From positions 1,433-65,432 of the forward strand of contig JAOZRE010000002.1 of the NCBI GenBank assembly GCA_029940215.1: a DNA stretch of 64,000 nt. Direction: 5' to 3'. The notes under the pieces are model-generated. The model was not told where the DNA came from, did no database searches, and saw only the letters and a program-made list of their open reading frames with translations. Origin of the DNA: a bacterium. Lineage in GTDB: Bacteria; SAR324; XYD2-FULL-50-16. The position numbers and the translations under genes were made by a program. Of this stretch, positions 10,765 to 21,316 are shown piece after piece; position 1 is the first letter of the stretch, and the number at the start of each line of letters is the position of its first letter.

Positions 10765-11739
10765 ATGACAAAAGAGATCAGTATCGAAGTTAAAGGCCTG
10801 TCCAAGCATTTCCCGGTCACATCAGGGGTGATTTTTTCCAAAACTGTTGGTGTCGTCAAGGCGGTGGATAACATCAGTTTCAGTATCAACCATGGTGAAA
10901 CCCTGGGAATCGTTGGGGAATCCGGCTGCGGGAAGTCAACAACTGCGAACCTGGTTTTGGGACTGGATAAGCCAACCTCAGGACAGATCATCGTGCAAGG
11001 AGAGGATGTCGCCAAATTGAAAGGGGAAAGCCTTTTCAAGTTTCGCAGAAAGGTCCAGGCCGTTTTCCAGGATCCCTTCCGCTCGCTGAACCCCCGAAAG
11101 AAGATCAGGCATATAGTCAGCGAACCGCTGATGGTACACAAGGTTGGGTCGTCATGGCAGATTAAGCAGAAAGCGTTGGAACTGCTGGAACTGGTAGGCA
11201 TCAATCCCCAGCGGGCAGACCTGTACCCCCACGAGTTCAGCGGAGGACAGCGGCAGCGGATCGCCATAGCCAGAGCGCTCTCGTTGAACCCCAGCATCAT
11301 CATCCTGGACGAACCTGTTTCTGCTCTGGATGTTTCAATCCAGGCCCAGATCCTGAATCTGCTGATGGACCTGAGGGAGAAATTCTCGCTGACCTTTTTG
11401 ATTATCTCTCACGATCTGGCGGTGGTGGAACATGTCAGTACCCATATCGGCGTCATGTACCTGGGACGAATCGTAGAGTTGTCACCTGCAGCAGAGCTGT
11501 ATAAAAATCCGCTGCATCCCTATACCCGAGCGCTACTGGCAGCATCACCAGTGGCAGATCCGGATGTTAAACTGAAGGCCGTACTGGAGGGCGAGGTCCC
11601 CAGCCCGATGAACCCACCCACCGGCTGCACCTTTCATCCCCGCTGCCCCGACTGTAAGCCGGAATGCAAGTCCCGGGAGCACAAGATGCATGAGATCACA
11701 CCAGGACATTTTGTCTCCTGCCTGAACTTCAGTAGTTAG
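10765..11739 (+). CDS. dppF: Peptide ABC ATPase (DppF-type)
   Basis: GESGCGKS, FSGGQRQR, DEPVSALDVS, GCTFHPRC; ATG 10765 with GGGAG upstream. Confidence 0.88.
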   Translation: MTKEISIEVKGLSKHFPVTSGVIFSKTVGVVKAVDNISFSINHGETLGIVGESGCGKSTTANLVLGLDKPTSGQIIVQGEDVAKLKGESLFKFRRKVQAVFQDPFRSLNPRKKIRHIVSEPLMVHKVGSSWQIKQKALELLELVGINPQRADLYPHEFSGGQRQRIAIARALSLNPSIIILDEPVSALDVSIQAQILNLLMDLREKFSLTFLIISHDLAVVEHVSTHIGVMYLGRIVELSPAAELYKNPLHPYTRALLAASPVADPDVKLKAVLEGEVPSPMNPPTGCTFHPRCPDCKPECKSREHKMHEITPGHFVSCLNFSS

Positions 11740-11859
11740 ACATCCAGCCAGCCAGGTTCTTCCTGAATCAGATCAATTGATTTTCAAACCGAGGGGAGTC
11801 GGATGCGGTATCGCATCCACTTTTCGAGTTAAAACGGGGATTTCCTGCGTAAGATCACC

Positions 11860-11878
11860 GGGGGCCTAAGCCCCCTTT
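11860..11878 (+). terminator. Probable intrinsic terminator between the dpp operon and the convergent lipoprotein gene
   Basis: GGGGGC-CTAA-GCCCCC hairpin followed by TTT. Confidence 0.4.
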
Positions 11879-11904
11879 GCAATATCAATTTGGCTTGTTT
11901 CTTT

Positions 11905-12492
11905 CTAAGGATCAACCTTCAATGCCAAAAGCCACTTGTCCAACACCTCAACTGCCGGTTGTCCCGGAGCTGCTGTAATGGAAACGATGATCACATCGTT
12001 ACCTTTGTAAACTGTGAGACCTACCGTCACCAGCCCAAAGGAGCCACCATACTTCCAGGTTACCATGGCATAGGAAGCCTTCACACCATTCGCCAGAGTT
12101 ATAATCTTGCCATCTCTCAGCTTGAAACGCTTGGATCCCTTCTGAGATGCTTTCAGACCTTTTTTAAACGCCTTAGCCGCACCTTCAAGAGCGGGTGTCT
12201 CATCTGTTTTAGGACCTACAGAAATAGTGATAACCGGAATGTTTGCTGAATGCTTGACCCGAACAACTTCACCTTTGGCCTGCAGGTCATCTTTCACTGT
12301 AAAAACAGATGCTGGCCATGCGAGTGAAAAACCAACCTTCTTATCCTGATAAAACCCATCCCTGGAGATGATATCCCCTTCCGGTTCCGGTGCATCCATT
12401 TTCTTGGCGGCCGGGGCACAGGATATAAGCAGTGTAACACCAACCAGAAGGCCTACAACCCAACTCATACGACGTAACATTCTCTCTCTCAT
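11905..12492 (-). CDS. Hypothetical lipoprotein (possibly PsbP-like fold)
   Basis: Basic N-terminus, hydrophobic stretch, lipobox LISC; GAGGGA RBS before ATG 12492; YQDKKVGFSLAWP resembles a PsbP-like N-terminal strand. Confidence 0.7.
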   Translation of the reverse strand: MRERMLRRMSWVVGLLVGVTLLISCAPAAKKMDAPEPEGDIISRDGFYQDKKVGFSLAWPASVFTVKDDLQAKGEVVRVKHSANIPVITISVGPKTDETPALEGAAKAFKKGLKASQKGSKRFKLRDGKIITLANGVKASYAMVTWKYGGSFGLVTVGLTVYKGNDVIIVSITAAPGQPAVEVLDKWLLALKVDP

Positions 12493-12724
12493 AATTCCCT
12501 CTTCAAAGAGTGACAAAAAAGAACCTCTGGCATCCGCCCTGAGGTAAACAGAAAAACCGCTGCTATTCAGTCAGCGGTTGACGTAAACAGGTCTCGGGGT
12601 CACTATTCCGTATTGTTGACACACCATCGACATGCTCCGATTGAACACCATTCGTTGAACTCAGTCAACCATAACCTATAAACTGACTCCAGGCTCGTGT
12701 AAAACCGTTTCGATTCTATTTTAC

Positions 12725-12740
12725 AGCAACTACTATACCA
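12725..12740 (-). promoter_or_regulatory. Sigma-54 (-24/-12) promoter of the lipoprotein gene
   Basis: Minus strand reads TGGTAT-AGTAG-TTGCT (GG-N10-GC). Confidence 0.65.
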
Positions 12741-12811
12741 GAGTGCAATGGAGCGGAAATAGCTGAATTTCTGTATGAAAGTCATGTTATCGCTCGAAAT
12801 TGTCAGGCCGA

Positions 12812-12843
12812 AAATGTCAAAATTAAATGCTTGTGTGACATTT
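12812..12843. promoter_or_regulatory. Inverted repeat, candidate upstream activator sequence
   Basis: AAATGTCA-N16-TGACATTT, 70-100 bp upstream of the -24 box at 12740. Confidence 0.4.
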
Positions 12844-13081
12844 GACTCTTTTCCAAGCGTAATTCAACATCCCGTTTTAGGATTCCAGCTGAAATAAACG
12901 AGTGATATCCAAAATGCTATCTGCTTCCTGAGGCTGTCAAACGTTATCAACAACAGATGCCCGCTAAATTCAAGCCATCCTCCCTGATTCTGATCCTTCC
13001 CGGGAGCAGTTGGTATTACCCTTGCAGAATATTTCCGTCGTATTCCGAGTAATCGACTAAACAAATAATCGACACACAACC

Positions 13082-13381
13082 ATGATACATATCGAAGAGT
13101 CTTATCCAACATTGCAAGCAGTCACGGTCCTGATAGAGGGAAAACTAGATCGGCTGACCTTACCGACTCTGCAAGAGGTCTGCCAGCGGCACTTCGATTC
13201 GAATCCGAAAAGGACAGTGACCATTGAGATCCGCTCGCTGAGCGGCATCAGCATCGAAGGGAAGAACTATCTAAGGGAGATACAGGATAGGGTTTGCCTG
13301 AAAAATGTCCCTGAATTCTTGAGAATGGAGCTGGCAAGCGGCAGTAACGCACCCTATCCGGATTCGATTGTCAAGAAATAG
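13082..13381 (+). CDS. Small STAS-like domain protein
   Basis: VTVLIEGKLD..IEIRSLSGISIEG..L.N.P pattern of single-domain STAS proteins; 3' end overlaps the activator 3' end by 11 nt. Confidence 0.6.
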   Translation: MIHIEESYPTLQAVTVLIEGKLDRLTLPTLQEVCQRHFDSNPKRTVTIEIRSLSGISIEGKNYLREIQDRVCLKNVPEFLRMELASGSNAPYPDSIVKK

Positions 13382-16300
13382 CCACCAATTGCTTTTTAAT
13401 CCCATGTTTTTTGATGCGTGATCGCAATGTACTGTAGTGCATTCCCAGCAGTTCGGCTGCTCCCCCCGACCCCCGTATTTTCCAGTTGGTTTTATTTAAC
13501 GCCCAGATAATGTGCTGCTGTTCCACCTCTGCCATAGTAACAGCACCATCTCTTTCAGGCGAAAGTGACTCTCTGGCTTCCAGCTCCGGAATGTGAAACC
13601 GATCCTCACAACTCATCACCACGGCCCGTTCCATTATATTTTCCAGTTCCCGCACGTTCCCGGGCCAGTGGTAGCTTTTCAGCATCTTCATATCCGCTTC
13701 CGAAATCTGAGTAAAGGGCTTACCCGTTTTCATGGCAAACTTTCTCAGAAAGTAGAGTGCCAGCAACGGGATATCCTCCGACCGCTTTCTTAAGGGTGGA
13801 ACCTTGATGGGAAAGACATTCAACCGGTAGTAGAGGTCTTCTCGAAACTGTCCCGACTTCACCAGGGCTTTCAGGTCCTGGTTGGTGGCCGCAATCAGGC
13901 GAAAATCCGATTTCAGGGTCTTGGTCCCGCCGACCCTCTCAAAATCTTTTGTTTGCAATACCCGCAGCAGTCGAACCTGAACCTCCATGGGGATATCTCC
14001 TATTTCATCCAGGAACAACGTGCCCCCATCAGCCAGTTCAAATCGACCAATGCGGCGCTCATTTGCCCCGGTAAAGGCCCCTTTCTCATGGCCAAAGAGC
14101 TCGCTGGCAATCAGGGTCTCGGAGAAGGCGCTGCAGTTAACACAGATAAACGGTTTGTCCCTGCGGGGACTATTGTCCAGAATAATGCCGGAAACCACCT
14201 CCTTTCCAACCCCGGTTTCCCCCATAATCAGGACAGTGGTATCCGCCTCAGCCACCTGCCGGACCTTGTCCAGCATGTTCAAAATCAATCGGCTTTTTCC
14301 AACGAAGTTGTCATACTGCATGCTCTCCAGGTGCTGTTCGCGATAGTACTGTTTTTCTTCTCCCATCTTCCGGTTCAGACGCTGAATTTCATCATAGGCT
14401 TCGGCATTATCCATAGCGATGGCTGTCAACGCTGCAAAATAGGTGAAGGTTGGCAGATCTGACTCCTTAAAGGCAGAGTGCAGAAACCGGTTGTCGTTAT
14501 ACAACACGCCGACAATCCGATCCTGGATCATCATAGGTACACAGATACAGGAGCGGACTTTGCCAAAGGATGTGTAACTCTCCGGATCTTCAATGGCGAC
14601 CTTACGAATGATCCCCTTTGCAGATGCAAACACCTCCCGGATTAAAGTCATATTCGGCCCAAAATCCGGGCGGTTGATGTCCTCAGGTGTCAGATTCTTG
14701 GCTGCACGAAACGTAAATTCAACCGGAGAGAAACCGGGCTTGACCAGGAAAATTGCCCCCCGTTCAGCCCCGGCAATCCGTGTAACCGTCGAAATAATGT
14801 ACCGTGCGAGCTCCCGTTTGCTACGAATGGTCACCACATCCTGCCCCAGCTTCAGGATCTCTTCCAGCAGATTATCCCGATGCTGCGTCGAACTCACCAG
14901 TGGCTTCAGATCCTCCGGAAATTCCAACTCGCTGAACCGATCGTATAAGTCTGCCGCTTTCCGGGCGGCTTCACGAGCCTCTGACTCCCTGTTCATCTCC
15001 AGGAGTTGTCGCGCCCTTTCAAGCTGCGTTCGAGCAACTTCCGCCACAATTCCCGACTCCCTGAGTGAGGTCTCGGATCGATCCAGAAGGTCCAGCACCA
15101 TCTCGGGGGATTCCCCCTTTTGTTTCGCTAACAAGGCCTTGAAGCGAAGCCCAATTCCCCGGTAAAGAATCTGTTCCCCATTGACAGCCGACTCAAGTTC
15201 CTCCTGCAAAGACAGACCCTCAATGGCTGGGTAAATCCCCATTTCAGCATCCCAGCAAAGATACAACAGGTAGATATTGATGGTTCGCGGAATCCCCGCA
15301 CTCTCCAGAATATTAAAATAATCCCGAAGAACGGCGATGGAGGCATTGTTCTCCCCTTTCATGTAATACACAAAGGCCAGCAGGAGGGTAATTTCAGCCT
15401 TAAGGCGCTCATCATACTTCGGCAATTCATCATCCTTTGTGGAGAGGAGGGAGTCGTAAACCTCATCGACTCTTCCAATCATGGTCATGATCTGACCGAT
15501 GCTGCATACGGCATATCCGGCAATATTGTATCGACCGATCTCCATAGCATGGCTGTATATCGCATCCAGCATCCCCAGTCCATGGGACACCTGTCCAATA
15601 ATGGCATAGGAGTGGGCGACGGTCGTCGCGGCATAAAGCGGAAACATACCCCTTGGGAAGGTATCCACATCCTGAACCGAGTGCTCATAAATCTCGATCG
15701 TCCGGTGGAAATTTCCCTGCCAGTAGGACATGAACGCGCTGATGGTGGTGATAGGTTTGATAAAACGGGGGTCCTCAATCTTCTTTGCTTTAAGCCAGGC
15801 TTCATCAGACGTTTGAATCGCCAGCTTTTGCTCACCTCTCTGCCACTGGTTGATGGCCAGATGCATTTTCATCAAGGTCTGAAAAGCCAGATGTCTGATA
15901 CGTATAGCCTTTTCCAGTGCATTTTCGATAATGGTCGTGGCCCAGTCACTGTCCTGTCTGGCAACCAGAATATTCAGAAACTTGTTGACCGTTTCGATAT
16001 AAAGCAGCCTTGACTCATCATCCTCTTCAGACTGAAGATCCTTGATAACCTTTGTATAGCAGGCAATGGCTGAAACAAAATTCGCGGATCTCCCGTAAGC
16101 GTCCCCCGCTACCGCCAACCAACGACACCCTTCCCTGTCGTTACTGATGGTCAGCAGATGACGGGAAAGCTCCATCTGACGGGTCGAATCATCAGAGATA
16201 TCGCTCTTCAGCAGTTCAATAATGCTTTCCCGATTCGCCTCCCTTTCCTCTTCAGGCAGACCCTGTTCGATTTCCAGGCGTGCACCTTCATTTTTGAATC

Positions 16301-16463
16301 GGTAGATACCCGACTCAACCTCTTCCAGCAGGCCCTCATGAATGGTGTAGTTAATCTTCTTCAGCAGTTCCGTCGCCTTCGACGAGGTCAATTCAAGCAG
16401 CCAGTCCAGGGAAAACTCCCCCTTAAAACAGGCCATGATCTCCAACAACTTTTTTTCTGACAT
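13371..16463 (-). CDS. Sigma-54-dependent enhancer-binding protein (helical/TPR-like N-terminus, GAF, AAA+, Fis-type HTH)
   Basis: [51 protein letters not shown] segment [13 protein letters not shown]. Confidence 0.93.
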   Translation of the reverse strand: MSEKKLLEIMACFKGEFSLDWLLELTSSKATELLKKINYTIHEGLLEEVESGIYRFKNEGARLEIEQGLPEEEREANRESIIELLKSDISDDSTRQMELSRHLLTISNDREGCRWLAVAGDAYGRSANFVSAIACYTKVIKDLQSEEDDESRLLYIETVNKFLNILVARQDSDWATTIIENALEKAIRIRHLAFQTLMKMHLAINQWQRGEQKLAIQTSDEAWLKAKKIEDPRFIKPITTISAFMSYWQGNFHRTIEIYEHSVQDVDTFPRGMFPLYAATTVAHSYAIIGQVSHGLGMLDAIYSHAMEIGRYNIAGYAVCSIGQIMTMIGRVDEVYDSLLSTKDDELPKYDERLKAEITLLLAFVYYMKGENNASIAVLRDYFNILESAGIPRTINIYLLYLCWDAEMGIYPAIEGLSLQEELESAVNGEQILYRGIGLRFKALLAKQKGESPEMVLDLLDRSETSLRESGIVAEVARTQLERARQLLEMNRESEAREAARKAADLYDRFSELEFPEDLKPLVSSTQHRDNLLEEILKLGQDVVTIRSKRELARYIISTVTRIAGAERGAIFLVKPGFSPVEFTFRAAKNLTPEDINRPDFGPNMTLIREVFASAKGIIRKVAIEDPESYTSFGKVRSCICVPMMIQDRIVGVLYNDNRFLHSAFKESDLPTFTYFAALTAIAMDNAEAYDEIQRLNRKMGEEKQYYREQHLESMQYDNFVGKSRLILNMLDKVRQVAEADTTVLIMGETGVGKEVVSGIILDNSPRRDKPFICVNCSAFSETLIASELFGHEKGAFTGANERRIGRFELADGGTLFLDEIGDIPMEVQVRLLRVLQTKDFERVGGTKTLKSDFRLIAATNQDLKALVKSGQFREDLYYRLNVFPIKVPPLRKRSEDIPLLALYFLRKFAMKTGKPFTQISEADMKMLKSYHWPGNVRELENIMERAVVMSCEDRFHIPELEARESLSPERDGAVTMAEVEQQHIIWALNKTNWKIRGSGGAAELLGMHYSTLRSRIKKHGIKKQLVAIS

Positions 16464-16849
16464 GGTTTTGTATAGTTCCCAATGAGATGAATCCCTGAAA
16501 CAGGGCCGGTCTGATTGTCGGTAAATTCATCAAAACGTAACATTCCTGCCTGAAGCCTGTAAAGTTACTTGTGCGATATTTCACCTTTTCGATGTTATAT
16601 GGCTCCTCCTCCCTACGAGAAAACGCAACCGATTATCAATACCGGCTCCTGGATGTTTGCTCCGGATGTTGATTTATATAAACCTTATTCATTTTAGACA
16701 TAGATCCATGATACCCTGCCGGCTATAATAACCGGAGACGCAAATAGTCAAAAATAGCGACCAGTCAGGTCCCGAATCCCTTTGAAACGGTCAAAGCCTG
16801 TGCAACACGTATCTGGTATGAAAGTAATTAAACACAGAAAGGAATCTTA

Positions 16850-18286
16850 ATGTCGAACCCATTGAACCTTGATATTTTTTTCCACCCAAAATCCATCGCC
16901 GTTGTTGGCACCCCCAGCGAGACCCCGAAGGGGAAGTGGCCTGGCATGTATGGTTGTATTGTTGAAAACGGCTACACCGGAACCCTTTATCCCATCAACC
17001 CAAAGGCTACCGAGGTTGGCAGCAGGAAAGCCTATCCGAACCTGACCTCGCTCCCCGTAGTAGCGGACCTGGTAATTCTCTCCGTTCCGGCTCCCTTCGT
17101 TCCTGATATCCTGAGGGAGTGTGCCGCCACTGGTCACAAAAACATCCATATTTTTACCGCTGGATTTAAGGAGACAGGCGAGCCGGAAGGGCTCCAACTG
17201 CAGGAAGAGATCGAAACCATCGCTCGTGAGCACGAGCTTCGAGTTATCGGCCCCAACTGCATGGGAGTGTTCGTCCCCAAAATAAAAATGGCCACCTGGG
17301 TCGACCCACCGGACGCCATCGGCCGGGTGGCTTTTCTGAGCCAGAGCGGCGGACATGCCCAGGACTTCACCAATTATGGAGCCAAGCTTGGCCTTGGATA
17401 CAGTAAGGTCGTCAGCTACGGAAACGCGTTGACCCTGGACGCGCCCGATTTTCTTGAGTATCTGGCAGAGGATCCTGACACCGATATCATCGCCATGTAC
17501 CTTGAAGGGGCGTCTGATGGAAGAAGGCTACTGGAGACAGTCAGGAAGGTGAATCAGCTTAAGCCTGTGGTGATTCTAAAGGCCGGCCTGACAGAATCAG
17601 GCACAAGGGCCGTGGCATCGCATACCGGATCACTGGCTGGTAAAACCCATATCTGGGATGCTTTTTTCAGGCAGACCGGTGCTATTCAGGTGCAATCCCT
17701 TCAGGAAATGGCACACACGGTTCTTGCACTGCAGCACTTTAAAACCGCTGAGGGAAATGGGGTCGCGGTATTGGGCGTTGGTGGTGGTGTCGGCGTGGAA
17801 GCTGCGGATGCCTGCAGTCGTGCTGGTTTGGGTCTGCCTGACCTGTCAGACTCAGTCCGCCAGAAATTGCGGGAGTATGTCGGCCCAGCGGGCAACATGA
17901 TCCGCAACCCCATAGATGCCTTTGTTATCCTGCTGGATTTCGGATTGCTGAGCAAAACCCTGGATATCATCAGCGCCGAGGCGTGTTTTGACATGTTCAT
18001 CCTCTCAATTCACCTGGACTGGTTATTTGATATCGACGCAGGTGCTCATCTCCCGCGGATGACTGAGTACCTGATCAAAACCGCTCATCGGCATTTGAAT
18101 GGTAAGCCGCTAGCTGTCTGCTGGCGAACCTTGAGGCAGAATCCTAAAATTGAGAAGCAGGGGCTGCAGTTTGAAAAGGCGTTGCTGGCAGCAGGCATAC
18201 CGGTATACAGGGACCTGAACCAGACCGCTGGCGCTCTGTCCAGGTTTACTGCTTATCACCAGCTGAAGAAACAGCTCTGCAACTAA
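16850..18286 (+). CDS. Acyl-CoA synthetase (NDP-forming) alpha-type, CoA-binding protein
   Basis: FHPKSIAVVG, YPINP, IGPNCMG, SQSGG, phospho-His motif ASHTGSLAG; no ATP-grasp domain. Confidence 0.85.
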   Translation: MSNPLNLDIFFHPKSIAVVGTPSETPKGKWPGMYGCIVENGYTGTLYPINPKATEVGSRKAYPNLTSLPVVADLVILSVPAPFVPDILRECAATGHKNIHIFTAGFKETGEPEGLQLQEEIETIAREHELRVIGPNCMGVFVPKIKMATWVDPPDAIGRVAFLSQSGGHAQDFTNYGAKLGLGYSKVVSYGNALTLDAPDFLEYLAEDPDTDIIAMYLEGASDGRRLLETVRKVNQLKPVVILKAGLTESGTRAVASHTGSLAGKTHIWDAFFRQTGAIQVQSLQEMAHTVLALQHFKTAEGNGVAVLGVGGGVGVEAADACSRAGLGLPDLSDSVRQKLREYVGPAGNMIRNPIDAFVILLDFGLLSKTLDIISAEACFDMFILSIHLDWLFDIDAGAHLPRMTEYLIKTAHRHLNGKPLAVCWRTLRQNPKIEKQGLQFEKALLAAGIPVYRDLNQTAGALSRFTAYHQLKKQLCN

Positions 18287-18294
18287 GGGTCGGC

Positions 18295-19350
18295 TTAACT
18301 CCCGCTGATGCCAGCTGAGCTGAATGTAGCCATCTCGTTGTAGATATGAATGGCTGCCTCGATCACCGGCATGGCCATGGCAGCGCCGGTCCCTTCACCC
18401 AGTCTGAATTCCAGGTCAAGGATCGGTTGAACATCGAAAAGTTTGAAGAAGGTCTGGTGTCCAACTTCCTGTGAAAGATGGCTGAAGAAAAGGTAGTCCT
18501 TCACCGCCGGGTTCATCCGGCAGGCGACCATGGCTCCCGCCGACGAAATAAATCCGTCCACCACCACCGGTATCTTGCGGGCTGCCGCTCCCAGGATCAG
18601 GCCGCAAATCCCGGCTATTTCCAGGCCACCCACTGCAGCTAGAGCATCCAGCGGTGTTTGCAGGCATTCCCGATTCACTTCCAATGATTTTTTAATGATA
18701 TCGATCTTGTGTTTGAGAACGGTATCATCCACCCCGGTCCCCCTCCCTGTCACTTCTTCAACCGGACAGGGCAGCAGAGAGGCAAACAGGGCGGCTGAAG
18801 GGGTTGTATTGGCAATTCCCATCTCCCCGGTCCCCAACAGGGTATATCCTTCATTCGCCGCTTTATCCGCCAGTTCAGCGCCTGCCAGCAGGGCTTTTTC
18901 AGCTTCAGCAACCTCCATTGCAGGGCCTGTCGCCATATTCGCAGTACCTGACCTCACGCTGCAGTCAATCAGTCCCGCCCGTCTTTCAACCGGCCAGTCC
19001 ACCCCCATATCCACCACAGCCAGGTCGGCTCCGACGTGACGGGCCAGAACATTGATGGCCGCTCCACCGGAAAGCATATTCATCACCATCTGCTGTGTGA
19101 CGACTTTAGGGAAGGCAGAGACCCCTTCATCCGCTACTCCGTGGTCAGCGCCAAAGGTAAAGATCTTTTTCTTTCCGGTCCGGGGACGATCCGTCCCGGT
19201 CATCAGGCAGTACCTCATGGCGATTTGCTCTAGTTTTCCGAGGCTGCCGGGGGGTTTAGTCAGATCATTGAGGTGATCTTCAACAGATGGCCGGATAGTT
19301 TGGTCAACTGATTGAATACAGTTCATCAGGTGTTGTAGTTGCTGGTTCAT
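18295..19350 (-). CDS. cobT: Nicotinate-nucleotide--dimethylbenzimidazole phosphoribosyltransferase
   Basis: LTKPPGSLG, ADHGV, GEMGIANTT, VDGFI, RLGEGTG. Confidence 0.95.
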   Translation of the reverse strand: MNQQLQHLMNCIQSVDQTIRPSVEDHLNDLTKPPGSLGKLEQIAMRYCLMTGTDRPRTGKKKIFTFGADHGVADEGVSAFPKVVTQQMVMNMLSGGAAINVLARHVGADLAVVDMGVDWPVERRAGLIDCSVRSGTANMATGPAMEVAEAEKALLAGAELADKAANEGYTLLGTGEMGIANTTPSAALFASLLPCPVEEVTGRGTGVDDTVLKHKIDIIKKSLEVNRECLQTPLDALAAVGGLEIAGICGLILGAAARKIPVVVDGFISSAGAMVACRMNPAVKDYLFFSHLSQEVGHQTFFKLFDVQPILDLEFRLGEGTGAAMAMPVIEAAIHIYNEMATFSSAGISGS

Positions 19351-19874
19351 TTGATATCAGACTTAATGATTACAGGAAGTCCGCTAACCATTAAAATGAC
19401 ATGATCAGCAATTTCAGCAACACGCTGGTTCAGGCGACCTGCCTGATCCCGGAACTCACGTGCCATATCATTCATGGGTACTATTCCCATCCCCACTTCG
19501 TTTGTCACCAGAACAACGGAGCAGGGGGGACGTTTCAGGAGTTCAAGCAGGGCATCCACTTCCTGCGCTAATAAGCTGCCGGATTCATCTCGGACCTGCA
19601 TATTACCCAGCCAGACGGTCAGGCAGTCGATAATGATCAGTTCTGTGGTACCAGACAGCGGTCTGATGGCATCCGCCAGATGGACTGGCGCCTCTATGGT
19701 TCGAAAGTGGTCTCCCCGCTCTTCACGATGCCGTTCAATCCGCTGCTTCATTTCATCGTCTATCGCTTCAGCCGTAGCAATAAACGTATTTTCAAGGGAA
19801 GGATCCGCCAGGGTCAGCGCATAACCGCTTTTACCGCTGCGAGCCCCACCCGTTACAAGGGTTACCTTAGCCAT
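19347..19874 (-). CDS. cobU: Adenosylcobinamide kinase / cobinamide-phosphate guanylyltransferase
   Basis: GGARSGKS, RIERHREER, IDCLTVW, VTNEVGMGIVP, FRD. Confidence 0.95.
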   Translation of the reverse strand: MAKVTLVTGGARSGKSGYALTLADPSLENTFIATAEAIDDEMKQRIERHREERGDHFRTIEAPVHLADAIRPLSGTTELIIIDCLTVWLGNMQVRDESGSLLAQEVDALLELLKRPPCSVVLVTNEVGMGIVPMNDMAREFRDQAGRLNQRVAEIADHVILMVSGLPVIIKSDIK

Positions 19875-20609
19875 CTATACAAAGCTCCCAATCAGAAGGA
19901 TCGCTGATTCAGCCAGCACACAACAGGCGCCGAGCAGATCGCCGGTCACTCCGCCAATGCGGACCTGTGCAAAACGTCCCAGCAGAAGGCTGAAACCCCA
20001 CCCGCCGCACAGTACCAGGACGCCAGGCCATTCCAGCAAAAAGAACACTATAAGGCCCGCTGGCAGAAAGTTGGCCAGCCAGTGCCGCCATGTAGCTCCT
20101 TTGACAAAAGCTGAGGCTGTTCCGGACTCGCGGGCGTAAGGTAACCTGACTGCCAGATCCACCATCAGAACACGGGATATCACAAATGCGGCTATCAACC
20201 AGACACCCCTGCCGGTTTCCAATAATCTCACCAGAAATACCCAATTCCCCAGCAGGATCAGAACCAGAGAAAGTACACCGAAGGTCCCCAGTTGTGAATC
20301 CTTCATAATCTCCAGAATTCTACCTCGCTCGTGTCCCCCCCAAAAGCCATCGGCACAATCCGCCAGGCCGTCCAGATGCAATCCCCGGGTCAGGAAAACA
20401 GCTGCGCCAAGAACCAGAAAGGCTGCCACTTCCAATCCCTCATGCCCTATCGTGTCCACCCAAAGCCAAGTCCCCCCGTATAAAACAGCACCCAGCAGCA
20501 GGCCAACCCAGACAAAACCGTAGAGTGCCCTTGAAAAATCAGGGGCATTCTTTCCAGGCACGGGCAGTATGGTCAACGTACGCAAGGCCGTAATCAATCC
20601 TTTCAACAT
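19875..20609 (-). CDS. cobS: Adenosylcobinamide-GDP ribazoletransferase (cobalamin synthase)
   Basis: GLHLDGLADCADG, IMKDSQLGTFG, GGVTGDLLGA; start moved to ATG 20609. Confidence 0.93.
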   Translation of the reverse strand: MLKGLITALRTLTILPVPGKNAPDFSRALYGFVWVGLLLGAVLYGGTWLWVDTIGHEGLEVAAFLVLGAAVFLTRGLHLDGLADCADGFWGGHERGRILEIMKDSQLGTFGVLSLVLILLGNWVFLVRLLETGRGVWLIAAFVISRVLMVDLAVRLPYARESGTASAFVKGATWRHWLANFLPAGLIVFFLLEWPGVLVLCGGWGFSLLLGRFAQVRIGGVTGDLLGACCVLAESAILLIGSFV

Positions 20610-20760
20610 GCTGTTTCCTGACGGCGGGCAAATTAATGGAAATCGTGGCAAAAAAGGGATATCAAAACAGAGCCAATTGAGAAGGAAGACAGTGGGAGCA
20701 GCCCTGATAAACCGCTACTATCCGGATTACAGTTTCCAGCAGCCTGACAGTTTGTGTCAA

Positions 20761-20798
20761 GGGATATTGGCCCTTATGGTCGATCCGGCTAATATCCC
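20761..20798. repeat. 12-bp inverted repeat in the divergent cobS/cbiX spacer
   Basis: GGGATATTGGCC-N14-GGCTAATATCCC (one G-T pair). Confidence 0.5.
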
Positions 20799-20929
20799 CT
20801 GAAAAACCGATTTCTACTTTTCATGATGACTGCAGACTGATAAAATAGATATGACAGTAAGAAGAGAGCCAGCATACAAGAAAAATCCAAACAGCTTCAA
20901 CCAAGCCGATGCAATGGAGCAGCAACCCA

Positions 20930-21286
20930 ATGAAAATACTTCTAATCGTAGCACATGGCAGCCGCCAGGAGTTTGCAAATCAGCATTTAAAACGTTTGAC
21001 AGCTGATATCGGAGCCGGTGTAGAAGGGCGATTTGACAAAGTGCAGTGTGCCTTTTTGCAGTTCAACGGACCATTTGTGATCGACACCATAGCCGAACTG
21101 GTTGCAGAAGGTGCTACCCAGATCGTACTCTTCCCCTATTTCCTGTCCGAGGGTAGCCATGTGACTTCCGATATTCCTGAACTCGTCAAGGAGGCGAAAC
21201 GGCTTTATGCTGGTGTGACCTTTGAAGTAGCGCCAATGTTGGGAGAGATACAGGGATTGAAAGATCTGATTCTGGGCGTTCTATAA
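20930..21286 (+). CDS. cbiX: Short CbiX/SirB-family chelatase (CbiXS-type)
   Basis: VAHGSR, AFLQF, PYFL..GSHV with both catalytic His; single domain. Confidence 0.8.
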   Translation: MKILLIVAHGSRQEFANQHLKRLTADIGAGVEGRFDKVQCAFLQFNGPFVIDTIAELVAEGATQIVLFPYFLSEGSHVTSDIPELVKEAKRLYAGVTFEVAPMLGEIQGLKDLILGVL

Positions 21287-21316
21287 AAATGAAAACTGGA
21301 TTCCCCTGCTCCGTTT

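Noticed and set aside
20610..20929. Cobalamin riboswitch between cobS and cbiX
   Set aside because: Could not find B12-box or conserved core motifs by eye on either strand; an Rfam scan would settle it.
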